A stretch of DNA of 64,000 nt from an uncultured Pelagibacteraceae bacterium (GCA_902596325.1 CACJTN010000001.1:5035-69034); one strand, 5' to 3'; counted from the first letter of the stretch, positions 10,081 to 19,635 are shown. Program-made: numbers and translations. Notes: a model not told the origin generated them from the sequence alone.

Positions 10081-11108
10081 ATATAACCTATATTTTATGT
10101 TTAATAATATTTTTTATATTTATTTATTTTGTATTTAAAAAATATGAAATATTACAAGAAAATGTCAATTATTCAGATCACAAAAAACTTGGTAAAGCCA
10201 ATAAAGCTCCTATACTTATTGGTGGGTTATTTATAGTAACCTTTTTATTGGTATTTTTGCCGATAAATTTAATCTTTTTTAAAATTACCTCAATCTTGAT
10301 TTTTTTAATTGGTATACTTTCTGATAAAAATATTATTTCTAGCCCAAAATTAAGATTATTTTTCCAAATTAGTGTTATTTTTTTTTTAGTACATTTTGAA
10401 AAACTCAATATTGATAGAGTTAATATTGATTTTATAGATCATTTATTAGACATATATTATTTAAATTATATTTTTACAATTTTCTGTTTTGCTGTTTTGA
10501 TAAATGGGAGCAATTTTTTAGATGGTCTAAATGGATTGATATCTGGATATTTTATTTTGGTATTAGCCTCAAGTTTTTATATTTCAAATTATCACATAAA
10601 TCTTAGTAGTAATATCAAAGAGCTAATCAATCTACTTTTAATTATAATAATAATTTTTTATATTTTTAATTTATTCGGAATTGTCTACCTGGGAGATAGT
10701 GGATCTTATCTATTATCGATATCGGTTGGTTTCATTTTAATTAAAATGCATCAACATACAAATTCTATTTCTCCTTACTATATTGCCAACATGCTATGGT
10801 ATCCTGCATTTGAAAATTTATTTTCTTTGTTAAGACGTCTTTTAAGCAAAAATAAAATATCATGTGCTGATAAATTACATCTTCATCAATTAATTTTCAG
10901 ATTTTTAAGGTCAAAAAACATAATTAAAGATGACTGGATGAACACTGTATCTGGGCTTATAGTAATACTGATGAATATACCTTCAATATATATTGCTACA
11001 AATTACTATTTTCACTCTGTTATTTTGGTAAGTATAATTTTTTATAATTTAATTTTATACTTATCAGTCTATTATTTTCTTTCTAAAAATTTTAGACTTA
11101 AAAAATAA
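10077..11108 (+). CDS. MraY/WecA-family undecaprenyl-phosphate N-acetylhexosamine-1-phosphate transferase
   Basis: Multi-TM protein; PILIGG, NGSNFLDGLNGL, YLGDSGSY, DKLHLHQL. Confidence 0.85.
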   Translation: MNITYILCLIIFFIFIYFVFKKYEILQENVNYSDHKKLGKANKAPILIGGLFIVTFLLVFLPINLIFFKITSILIFLIGILSDKNIISSPKLRLFFQISVIFFLVHFEKLNIDRVNIDFIDHLLDIYYLNYIFTIFCFAVLINGSNFLDGLNGLISGYFILVLASSFYISNYHINLSSNIKELINLLLIIIIIFYIFNLFGIVYLGDSGSYLLSISVGFILIKMHQHTNSISPYYIANMLWYPAFENLFSLLRRLLSKNKISCADKLHLHQLIFRFLRSKNIIKDDWMNTVSGLIVILMNIPSIYIATNYYFHSVILVSIIFYNLILYLSVYYFLSKNFRLKK

Positions 11109-11753
11109 TTTTATAATTTCTGATAAAATCAAAAAACCATCCTTCAATTCATTCACTTTTTTTTTGCCACCTATTCTTTTTTTTTCATAAGACGGTATAC
11201 TTGCATAATTCATCTTAGATATTTCAATTTTAATTGGAAACTCGACACAAAACCTAAAATCATTTGATTTAATATTTAACTCCTTAAATTTTGAAGTCTT
11301 TCCTAATACATAAGTGTATAATATATCACTTAAATTAAGTGAGAACAGTAATCTGCCTATCAATGAAAAAATTTTATTACCGATGTATGTGATTATCGTA
11401 TCGTCATCGCTACCTCCTCCACTGAGATATCTAGATGCAAATACAAAATCATTATTTTTACATTTTATTAACATTTTTTCTAAATCCTTATATTCGAAAG
11501 AGCCGTCAGCATTGAATATGCAAAAGTATTTCGTAGAGCACTTATTTATACCTTCAGTAATTGAATTACCATAACCCTTACCCATTTGTTCGTGGATTAA
11601 TATATTAAAATTTTTTACAGAGTTTATAGTTTCTAGATCGTTCTTTGGCAAAGATACAATTATTTTATGATTAAGGTATTCAAGACTTTGCAAAACTTTT
11701 GGAAGCGATTCTTTTTCTTTTTTTGCAGGAATAATTAAAGTTAAATCGGTCAT
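11064..11753 (-). CDS. Glycosyltransferase family 2, DPM1/polyprenyl-phosphate sugar transferase-like
   Basis: IIPAKKEKESL, GKGYGNSI, FNADGS, ASRYLSGGG, RIGGKKK..DG. Confidence 0.85.
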   Translation of the reverse strand: MTDLTLIIPAKKEKESLPKVLQSLEYLNHKIIVSLPKNDLETINSVKNFNILIHEQMGKGYGNSITEGINKCSTKYFCIFNADGSFEYKDLEKMLIKCKNNDFVFASRYLSGGGSDDDTIITYIGNKIFSLIGRLLFSLNLSDILYTYVLGKTSKFKELNIKSNDFRFCVEFPIKIEISKMNYASIPSYEKKRIGGKKKVNELKDGFLILSEIIKLFFKSKIFRKKIID

Positions 11754-11780
11754 AATCTATAAGTATTATTTATTTAAATC

Positions 11781-12419
11781 TCATATGAGAAGATTTCTAT
11801 TTAATAAATTTACTCCAACAACATATTTTGAAAATTTTTGAAATCTGAAATTATTTTTTGGAATAATGTAATTTCTGAATAATTTGTCATTTGAGGCTGG
11901 ATATTTAAATTCCATAATTTCTTTATCAAAATTTATTTTAAAATTTGTTTTTACACTAAAAAATTCAAGTTGAGTATCAAGAGTAGCCCTTATATCCCCA
12001 TGCGCATACTCAAAGTATTCTCTCAGGTATTTTGTTTTAATTATTGGGAACATATTTTTTTTTAAAATTTTTTTCAAATAATTTTCTAATTGGCTGTTGG
12101 GGTAATTTCTTATGTCTTTCTCAATATTGTAAATATTTTTAAGTTTAATTGTATCTTTCCAACCTAGAAAACCATTTTTATTTTTAATCTCTAAATTTAT
12201 AAAATCTGAGGACTCATTATACCATCTAATCCTTGTTTTTAATCTTTGAGTATTACCATCAACATTGTCTTTAAAAGACGAGAAATTCAAATCATCAAAA
12301 TATAAAGAATTAACTATTCTTTTGTCATATTTTTTATAAAATTTGTTTGTAACTAGAAAATTTTTAAATAAGTAAGCATTATTTTTTCTTTCAATATATT
12401 TTCTCTCAAATCTTTTCAT
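11781..12419 (-). CDS. VTC domain (CYTH/TTM superfamily) polyphosphate polymerase-like protein
   Basis: RFERKY (RxExKY), VNSLYFDD, KTRIRWY, LEIKNK, YLREYF, IRATLD, IMEFKY, FSKY motifs. Confidence 0.9.
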   Translation of the reverse strand: MKRFERKYIERKNNAYLFKNFLVTNKFYKKYDKRIVNSLYFDDLNFSSFKDNVDGNTQRLKTRIRWYNESSDFINLEIKNKNGFLGWKDTIKLKNIYNIEKDIRNYPNSQLENYLKKILKKNMFPIIKTKYLREYFEYAHGDIRATLDTQLEFFSVKTNFKINFDKEIMEFKYPASNDKLFRNYIIPKNNFRFQKFSKYVVGVNLLNRNLLI

Positions 12420-12422
12420 TTT

Positions 12423-15038
12423 CTACCTGATTGTTTGTTTTCCATACAGGTTTCCGTACATCATACCCTCAATATTTTTTCCCTCAAGATTGCCAAAAAT
12501 TCTTTTTCCATTTACTTCGAGCGTGCTTATTTTGTCTACTAGGAAAATATCATTACTTTTATTTAAAATTAAATTATCAACTTTTAAATAAGCTGGTCCA
12601 TATTCACTTTTTTTTACAAATACTGCAAATGGAACAGTGCTATTATTTATTTTAATATTAGATATATTTGCTTCAGAGCTGTCTTTAACAGCTATAGCTA
12701 TTTCAGAATTATTAAGAATTAAGTTTTTAATTTTAACTTTAGATCCCTCACCTACGCTTATTGACTTATCTTGCACCTTCTCCGCAAAAAAATTTTTACC
12801 ATTTATTTCTGAATTTGAAAAATCTAAACAATCATTTCCTATATCTCTACACTTTAAATTAATAAATTTTAATTTCCCCTCATCAACATCTACTGCATCT
12901 GAGACCACATCGATTAATTCAACATTCTCTAATTCGGTTTTAGAGTTAATAAAGTTTATAAAATCTTCAGAATGCGATTTTTTAAAAATTGTATCCCTTA
13001 TATAATTTTTACTATTAATAAAGTTTACAGCGCCATATAAACTAAAACCTTTTAAATTTGGAGCCTTTAAATTTTTAAATATTGTATTTGAAATATTATT
13101 TGTATTTCCATTAAATATCAAGCTACCATAATCTGGTTCCAGACCCTCAATTTTTGATTTATTATTTTCATCTCCTGTTATTTGTAAATCCCCGTAGATA
13201 ACTAAAGATGCTCCATTTGATAAATAAATATTTTGATTTTTTTTTAACTTTAGTACTAAGTTTTTATTTAATAGAGTATTTTCTTTAATATTAATGCTAT
13301 CTTCAACTGGTATAATAATCTTACCTTTTTTTATGCTTTTTATAGTATCCTCAAAAGGTTTAAAACTCTTGAAACTTGTTGGGAAATAATTTGAATTTAA
13401 TTTTGGATTATTATAAATATTAAATTTTTTGTTATTATTGTTATAATCACTTATTATAATCTTTTCACAGTTATTTTTCCAATTAATTGTTGAATTTTTA
13501 TATACCCAATATTCTTTTTTCATATCATTTTTTTTTTCACAATTAGGAATAATTTTTATTGGTATAGAATTTAAGAAACCTTTTATAGTTAATCTGTCGT
13601 TATTCTTAGAAAAAATAAATTCATCAAAATTAATATTGTTTATTTTATTCCTAATAAATTTAGCTCTTTTATATAAATATTTATCGTCGTAAATATAAGG
13701 AGCAATACCTTTCCAAAATATCTTATCAACTTTTGAAAAATCTTTATAAAAAGCATTGTTGTAAAGTTTTATTTCATTTTGATATTTACTTAGAAAATTA
13801 TCTATATATTTTTCCTCAGTTATTAAATTTAAATGTTTTAGATATTTTTTTACAAATTCATTTCGTAAATTATCTTTATCTTTTAAAAAAAACTTTAAAA
13901 ACCAATCTCTTTCATCACAGATCCATGAACAGCTTGATCTTTCATTTAAAAAATCTAAAATTATAAAATTAGAAAAATCTCCAGTCCCCTTGTGACCATC
14001 AAAACTAATAGGATCAATTTTACCTATTATTGGGTTATAATAAAATCTTGCACTTCTTGGCAGCGCTCCATGGTAAGTTTCAAGTAAATCAGAAACTGCA
14101 AAATATTTTGCCCACTGATCCCAATTTATGAAATTTTCGTAATCATCTGCTTTATTTTCTTTTAAAGAGTTTAATATTGAATATCCTGATTTAATTTTAT
14201 CTGGATCATTTAAATACCAATCAAACTCTGAGTAAGCTTCAAAAATTATTTCAGGAAAATTTCTTCCTTGTCTATCGTTAATACCAAATATTGGTCCATT
14301 TCTTCTTCCGTTTTTTTCTAATAGTTCTTTTGAAAATCCTTCCTCAATTACAAAAATTCCTCTATCTATTCCATTTACAAAAAAATTTACTACTGAATAA
14401 TCTAAAGAAATTATCTCTGACTCTTTATTTAGTTTTTGAAAAATATACTCATAAATATAGTTTCGAGCTATAGGTTTTTGAATAGAGAATTCTTCTAAAC
14501 CATTTAATCTATCGTCAGAGGTTATATCAATTTTATATGAGGTAATATTTGGTTCTGAAAAATGAATTTCTCTGTCACCTTTCACTCTTAATTTAACGGG
14601 GTATTCAGATTGTTCATATAATAAAGTTCCATTCACATATTTTTCTACCAGACTTCTGTCTACTTTATTTAAATTTTCAAAATTAGCCCTGTTCTGTCTT
14701 TGGAACTCAAGAGCAATAACTGATTTTTGATTCAAATTTAGATAAAGCTTTGGAACTTTAGGTGGCAAAAGATTAAAATAAATGCTTTTAATATAACTAT
14801 TAAGGTAATTTGTAGATTTTTTTGCCTCTAAACCGGTAGTTTTAAAAATTACAGAAGAGATTAAATTTATAATTTTTTCGGGTGTATGAATTTTTTTTAT
14901 TGGACTTAATTGATACCAAAAAAAAATACCTAAAAAAACTATAACTTGAAAACAAAATAAATAGAAAACAAAATTTTTAATATTTTCAAATAATTTGTTT
15001 TTAATAATTTTAAATGAATTTTTTTTTTTTATTAACAT
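12423..15038 (-). CDS. Membrane-anchored CotH-family kinase with C-terminal right-handed beta-helix
   Basis: Single N-terminal TM (FVFYLFCFQVIVFLGIFFWY); VKLRVKGD, SYKIDI, VNFFVNGIDRGIFVIEE, YH..PRSARFYYNP..DPISFD; C-terminal repeats SEDFINF / SDAVDVD / GNDCLDFS / DKSISVGE / IAIAVKDSS. Confidence 0.85.
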   Translation of the reverse strand: MLIKKKNSFKIIKNKLFENIKNFVFYLFCFQVIVFLGIFFWYQLSPIKKIHTPEKIINLISSVIFKTTGLEAKKSTNYLNSYIKSIYFNLLPPKVPKLYLNLNQKSVIALEFQRQNRANFENLNKVDRSLVEKYVNGTLLYEQSEYPVKLRVKGDREIHFSEPNITSYKIDITSDDRLNGLEEFSIQKPIARNYIYEYIFQKLNKESEIISLDYSVVNFFVNGIDRGIFVIEEGFSKELLEKNGRRNGPIFGINDRQGRNFPEIIFEAYSEFDWYLNDPDKIKSGYSILNSLKENKADDYENFINWDQWAKYFAVSDLLETYHGALPRSARFYYNPIIGKIDPISFDGHKGTGDFSNFIILDFLNERSSCSWICDERDWFLKFFLKDKDNLRNEFVKKYLKHLNLITEEKYIDNFLSKYQNEIKLYNNAFYKDFSKVDKIFWKGIAPYIYDDKYLYKRAKFIRNKINNINFDEFIFSKNNDRLTIKGFLNSIPIKIIPNCEKKNDMKKEYWVYKNSTINWKNNCEKIIISDYNNNNKKFNIYNNPKLNSNYFPTSFKSFKPFEDTIKSIKKGKIIIPVEDSINIKENTLLNKNLVLKLKKNQNIYLSNGASLVIYGDLQITGDENNKSKIEGLEPDYGSLIFNGNTNNISNTIFKNLKAPNLKGFSLYGAVNFINSKNYIRDTIFKKSHSEDFINFINSKTELENVELIDVVSDAVDVDEGKLKFINLKCRDIGNDCLDFSNSEINGKNFFAEKVQDKSISVGEGSKVKIKNLILNNSEIAIAVKDSSEANISNIKINNSTVPFAVFVKKSEYGPAYLKVDNLILNKSNDIFLVDKISTLEVNGKRIFGNLEGKNIEGMMYGNLYGKQTIR

Positions 15039-15752
15039 TTATTCACTTAAATTTTCATTTGAATAAAATGATGCAACAATATCTTTCTGGTTTAAATTTC
15101 TAATTCGATCAATTGCTTTCAACTCAGCTTTTTTATTTTTGAATTCAACCCAAAATAAATATATTTCGGTATTTTCTAATATCGTTGATGATTTTAAATT
15201 CAAATAGCTAGTATCCTTTTCTAAAATCTTTATAATTTTTTGTATACTTATTGATTTGTTTTTAATCTCTAGCTGCAAAACATTTATATTTTTTGTATCA
15301 GACATATGAGTATCTGATCTTCTAAATTTACTAAAAATAAATAATATTATAATAATAAAGATTGTTGCAGAAATTCCCACTATATATTGGTTAGCACCAC
15401 ATGCCAAACCAATGCCTATAATTAAAAATAGGTATATTAATTCTTCTGGCTCTTTTATTGCCGCCCTGAATCTTACAATAGACAAAGCCCCCACCAGCCC
15501 AAGAGATAAGGCTAATGAAAATTTTATAACTGTTATTACAAGAGTTGTAGTAATTGACAATGGAACAAAAAGGTCTGAGAAGTAACTTTTATTACTTAAG
15601 GTCATTGCACATTTTACATATACATACTTAACTAATAAAGCCAGAATTGCCGAAAGTAAAAGTGAAATTAAAAAACTAAAAATATCTATTTCAATAGACT
15701 GATTTAAAAAAAAATCTTTAAAATTGTCTAAGTTTTGAACACCTAATTCCAT
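15039..15752 (-). CDS. DUF4956 family membrane protein
   Basis: SLALSLGLVGALSIVRFRAAIKEPEELIYLF..IGIGLACG signature; about 5 TM segments plus a soluble C-terminal domain. Confidence 0.9.
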   Translation of the reverse strand: MELGVQNLDNFKDFFLNQSIEIDIFSFLISLLLSAILALLVKYVYVKCAMTLSNKSYFSDLFVPLSITTTLVITVIKFSLALSLGLVGALSIVRFRAAIKEPEELIYLFLIIGIGLACGANQYIVGISATIFIIIILFIFSKFRRSDTHMSDTKNINVLQLEIKNKSISIQKIIKILEKDTSYLNLKSSTILENTEIYLFWVEFKNKKAELKAIDRIRNLNQKDIVASFYSNENLSE

Positions 15753-15754
15753 TA

Positions 15755-16438
15755 TTATTTCTTATTATTCTCCCAAAACCCTTTTATTAATTTATATGGT
15801 TCAGCAGACTTATTAATTAAATTTTTTGCATCATTAACACTACCATAACCATTAATTATATTGTTATTATTTAATTTATAATTTCGAAACCATATTTCAA
15901 TTATCTCTAACGCTCCAGGATAATTTTTACTTAAATCATCAAAATTATTTAAAATTGAAGAGTTAAAAACAAAACTATTTTGATTTACAGCAACTATTTT
16001 GCTATCGAGTCTACCTTCATCTTTCATATTTATTACTCCTAAAATTTTACCTTTAATAACTGAACCTCTTTTTAATCTTTCGCCTAATAATATTACGTCA
16101 ATAGGATCTCCGTCTCCTCCTATTTCTTTAGAAAATAATGTTTGTGGCACAAATCCATAATTAGATATATATGGCAAGTACTTAATTTTTCTAAAGCTAT
16201 TATTCTGGAATTCCCAACGGATAGAACCATCTTTTTTCCATAATTCCCACTTATCATTATCTCCTGCAGGAATTTCAACAACGACATTAATTGTTCCATC
16301 AGCGTTAAATGCATTATATTCATGAAAAAAATTTTTTTTACCAGTGATTTTATTCTCTAATGAAAAACTTTGAGATTTAAGCAAAAAAAAGAGTAAACCT
16401 AAAAATATAATTAATGAAATTTTTTTTTTTGTCATCAT
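15755..16438 (-). CDS. ppa: Family I inorganic pyrophosphatase with N-terminal signal peptide
   Basis: VVVEIPAG..KWE, NYGFVPQT, GDGDPIDV (DxDPxD), DEGRLDSKIV, WFRNYK; N-terminus MTKKKISLIIFLGLLFFLLKSQSFS. Confidence 0.9.
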   Translation of the reverse strand: MMTKKKISLIIFLGLLFFLLKSQSFSLENKITGKKNFFHEYNAFNADGTINVVVEIPAGDNDKWELWKKDGSIRWEFQNNSFRKIKYLPYISNYGFVPQTLFSKEIGGDGDPIDVILLGERLKRGSVIKGKILGVINMKDEGRLDSKIVAVNQNSFVFNSSILNNFDDLSKNYPGALEIIEIWFRNYKLNNNNIINGYGSVNDAKNLINKSAEPYKLIKGFWENNKK

Positions 16439-16516
16439 AAGATAAATTCTTTATAGATAATAAGAAACAAAATTACAAATTTTGGTTAATCTAAAATATA
16501 ATATATAAATAAATTA

Positions 16517-17302
16517 ATGAAAAGAATATATGCATCTGTTCTGATCACTAACTTTAATAAAGAAAAATTTATAAAAAGAACACTTAATTCTTGTAAAAAT
16601 CAAAATTTTAAAGCTAAAGAAGTAATTATCTTTGATGATTGCTCCACAGATAACTCTTTGTCTGTGATCAAAAAATTTAAAAATTTTAAGTTAATAAAAA
16701 ATAAAAAAAAAATGTTTAAGTCTGGACCACTAAATCAGATATTTGCCATAAGTAGATTGATAAAAGCCTCAAAAGGAGAGATAATTTTTTTGTTAGATAG
16801 TGATGATGAATATAAAAAAGATAAAATTTCTAAAATTTGTAAATTATTTAAAAAAAATAAAAAATTAAACTTTATCCAAGATACACCAATTAATAGTTTA
16901 ACAAAAAAAAAATTATTTTTAAAAAAAAGAAGAAGTTCATATACAGTTTGGCCAAGGTTTTTCCCAACAAGTACAATTGCAGTCAGAAAATCTTATTTTA
17001 AACATTTTTTAAAATTGGTTTTACCAAGCAAGTTTCCGAATTTAGAAATAGATGCCAGAATTTCAATTTATACATATTTAAAGAAAGAATTTGCTTTTAT
17101 AAAACAAAGTTATACCATTTATAAAACTGACACTAATGGAATTACCTCAAACTATAGAAAATATCGAAAAAAATGGTGGATAAAAAGAATGGAAGCTTTT
17201 AATTACACGCTATATCTATCAAAAAAATTTAAATTGGATTTTAAAAAAGGACCAGACTTTTATTTAACTAAATTTATTAATTTCCTCTTAGAGCCTAAAT
17301 AA
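16517..17302 (+). CDS. Glycosyltransferase family 2
   Basis: SVLITNFN, FDDCSTD, GEIIFLLDSDD. Confidence 0.9.
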   Translation: MKRIYASVLITNFNKEKFIKRTLNSCKNQNFKAKEVIIFDDCSTDNSLSVIKKFKNFKLIKNKKKMFKSGPLNQIFAISRLIKASKGEIIFLLDSDDEYKKDKISKICKLFKKNKKLNFIQDTPINSLTKKKLFLKKRRSSYTVWPRFFPTSTIAVRKSYFKHFLKLVLPSKFPNLEIDARISIYTYLKKEFAFIKQSYTIYKTDTNGITSNYRKYRKKWWIKRMEAFNYTLYLSKKFKLDFKKGPDFYLTKFINFLLEPK

Positions 17303-18507
17303 GAAATCATAACACCATAGTTTGTCCAAAAAATTGTTGCTCCATAAGTTGTAAAAAAACTACCTGATGGTAGTAAAGGATTAATATAAATAAGACAAAA
17401 TATTGTTGAACTGATTAAAAAAATTTGATTTTTACTCAGTATTTTTTTGAAAGCAAAAATGAAAGTAATTAAAAAAAATAAAAAAAAACAAGTAAAGCCA
17501 AATATTCCTGTCTCCGCAAGTATTTCAAAATTAATTTGGTGTGGATGTGTAGTTATTACATGCCAATTATTATATTTGACATCGTCTTTAAATTCATCCT
17601 CTATAATTTTTTTTACCTCAACCCTGAAATTTTTTATACCTGACCCAAAAAAAGGGTATTTTTTAAAAACAAGTATTGCAGTTTTATAGTGGGTAAAGTA
17701 AATGTTGGTTTTAATATTATTTGCATTCCATTGTGAAAAATATCTATACTTTAAATTTTCATTTTTATAAATTATTGATGTAAAAACTATTATGCTGACT
17801 AAAGATAAATATAATAATTTAAGCTTATGTTCTCTGAAATAAAAAAATAAAATAATTATAATTGAAAATAATATTTTTATAAAATTGGACCTTTCACCAA
17901 TTAAAAAAGCTATTATTAAAAATATTAATGCAAATGCAAAAATAATTTTATAATCTTTTTTTTTAAAATAGCTATAAATTGTTGCTAAAGATAGCAAACA
18001 AAATCCAAAATAATAGCCACCAATTTTAAGCTCATCGTCTAAAAAACTTGCTAATCTTCCGTCAAGATTTGACTTATGTCCTAATATATTTTTTCCTGAA
18101 AAATATTCAATTAGAAGATCGACGTTAACTACTATAAATACTAATAACCAAGATTTTAAAATTAAATCTTTGTATTTTGTATCATTAATTAAAAATAGGT
18201 ATCTTATTGCCTGAGCTAAAAAAATAAACCTTATAAATCCTGTAGCCCTAAAAATACTTAAAGTGCTATCTTGACTAAAAATCAAATTTACCAGTAATGA
18301 TACCCACAAAAATGAAAGTAAATAGAAGCTCCAGTCATGTAAAAAATTTAATTTTTTTTTAATAAATAATTCTAATATAAAAATAATTGATATTATAATA
18401 GTAATTAGATTTATAATTAATGATCCTGTTAATAGACTAATTGGTAATATCGCCACAAAAAAACTTAGAATCAATAAAGTTTTATTTTTTGATGCAATTA
18501 AATTCAT
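17260..18507 (-). CDS. O-antigen ligase family protein (Wzy_C/WaaL-like)
   Basis: Multi-TM protein; GERS, PFFGSGIKNFR, THPHQINFEILAETGIFG. Confidence 0.85.
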   Translation of the reverse strand: MNLIASKNKTLLILSFFVAILPISLLTGSLIINLITIIISIIFILELFIKKKLNFLHDWSFYLLSFLWVSLLVNLIFSQDSTLSIFRATGFIRFIFLAQAIRYLFLINDTKYKDLILKSWLLVFIVVNVDLLIEYFSGKNILGHKSNLDGRLASFLDDELKIGGYYFGFCLLSLATIYSYFKKKDYKIIFAFALIFLIIAFLIGERSNFIKILFSIIIILFFYFREHKLKLLYLSLVSIIVFTSIIYKNENLKYRYFSQWNANNIKTNIYFTHYKTAILVFKKYPFFGSGIKNFRVEVKKIIEDEFKDDVKYNNWHVITTHPHQINFEILAETGIFGFTCFFLFFLITFIFAFKKILSKNQIFLISSTIFCLIYINPLLPSGSFFTTYGATIFWTNYGVMISYLGSKRKLINLVK

Positions 18508-18590
18508 AATTGGATTTATATTTTTATAAATGTTATTTATTAATACAAGACATTATTAAAAAAGGGCTCATATTTTATTAAATTACAAGC

Positions 18591-18618
18591 TTTACAATAT
18601 TTTTTTTTTATATATAAA
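18591..18618 (+). promoter_or_regulatory. Putative sigma70 promoter of the 5S rRNA gene
   Basis: TTTACA (18591-18596), 16 nt, TATAAA (18613-18618), ending 6 nt before the 5S 5' end. Confidence 0.45.
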
Positions 18619-18624
18619 CTGCAT

Positions 18625-18740
18625 GCCTGGTGATTATTGCGAAAGGGTAATACCCGATACCATTCCGAACTCGGAAGTCAAGCCTTTCTGCGCCGATGGT
18701 ACTTTGTCTTAAGACACGGAAGAGTAGGACGTTGCCAGGC
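18625..18740 (+). rRNA. rrf: 5S ribosomal RNA (stand-alone)
   Basis: GCCTGG...CCAGGC terminal helix, CCATTCCGAACTCGGAAGTCAAG, GCCGATGGTACT, GAGTAGGACGTTGCCAGGC; 116 nt. Confidence 0.97.
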
Positions 18741-18747
18741 TTATCAA

Positions 18748-19635
18748 ATGAAAAAAATTTTAATCGTTACAGGTGGAGCTGGATTTGTGGGCACTAACCT
18801 AATAGAATTTCTCCTAAAAAAAACTAAGCTTCAATTGATAAGTTTAGACAATTATTCAAGCGGTTCAAAAAAAAATCATTTAAATAATAAGCGAATTAAA
18901 TATATAAAAGGTGATACTAAAAACATTCATCGGATTTTAACCAAATATAAAAAAAATATACATACAATTTTCCACTTTGGAGAATTTGCCAGAATATATC
19001 AAAGTTTCAAAAACTTTGATAAATGTTATGAGTCTAATTCTTTAGGTTCTAAAGAAGTTTTTAAATTTTGTTTGGATAATAAAATTAAATTAATTTATTC
19101 AGCCACATCTGCAAGTTTAGGAAATTTAGGGAAAGATAAAAATTTATCGCCATATGCCTTTACAAAAGCAAAAAATTTGGAACTCTTAGAAAATTTAAAA
19201 AAATGGTTTAAATTTAAGTATGAAGTTATTTATTTCTATAATGTTTATGGACCTAGACAAATTAAAATAGGAGATATGGCAACAGTAATTGGAATATTCG
19301 AAAATTCTTATGTTAAAAAAAAACCTTTAACAGTTGTTAAACCAGGCACACAAACAAGAAGATTTACACATATTGATGATACAATTAGGACTTGTTTTGA
19401 GGCTTGGAAAAATAATAGATGTTTACATTATAGTATTTCAAATAAGAATATTTACTCAATATTGGAAGTTGCAAAATTTTTTAAAGTAAAAATCAAATTT
19501 TTACCTAAAAGAGCCGGTGAGAGGTATGCGTCAGCTTTGACCAATTTGTCATATAATAATAAAGTTCATAAGAGATACGGTAAAATACAATTGAAAGACT
19601 ATATAAATTCATTTATTAAAAGACATAAAAAATGA
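18748..19635 (+). CDS. NAD-dependent epimerase/dehydratase (extended SDR)
   Basis: True start is ATG 18748 ([15 protein letters not shown]); YAFTK (YxxxK), FYNVYGP; the ORF-track extension runs through the 5S gene and is spurious. Confidence 0.9.
   Translation: MKKILIVTGGAGFVGTNLIEFLLKKTKLQLISLDNYSSGSKKNHLNNKRIKYIKGDTKNIHRILTKYKKNIHTIFHFGEFARIYQSFKNFDKCYESNSLGSKEVFKFCLDNKIKLIYSATSASLGNLGKDKNLSPYAFTKAKNLELLENLKKWFKFKYEVIYFYNVYGPRQIKIGDMATVIGIFENSYVKKKPLTVVKPGTQTRRFTHIDDTIRTCFEAWKNNRCLHYSISNKNIYSILEVAKFFKVKIKFLPKRAGERYASALTNLSYNNKVHKRYGKIQLKDYINSFIKRHKK

Larger units (their letters stand above)
1..18507. other. Surface polysaccharide (O-chain/LPS) hypervariable island, distal part, ending at the 5S rRNA gene (SAR11 HVR2-like)
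   Basis: Dense cluster of glycosyltransferases, methyltransferases, nucleotide-sugar enzymes and an O-antigen ligase-like gene directly upstream of an isolated 5S rRNA gene; core housekeeping genes resume after the 5S gene. Confidence 0.85.

Noticed and set aside
4641-15030. Poly-A/T tracts of 12 nt or more in island genes (e.g. 4641-4653, 7501-7512, 15019-15030) as phase-variation switches
   Set aside because: All reading frames are intact, and an equally long tract occurs in core glmM (44636-44648); expected from Lys codons in a very AT-rich genome
18637-18747. 37-aa N-terminal extension of the epimerase in the ORF track
   Set aside because: It is the 5S rRNA gene read in frame; the Rossmann motif begins right after ATG 18748
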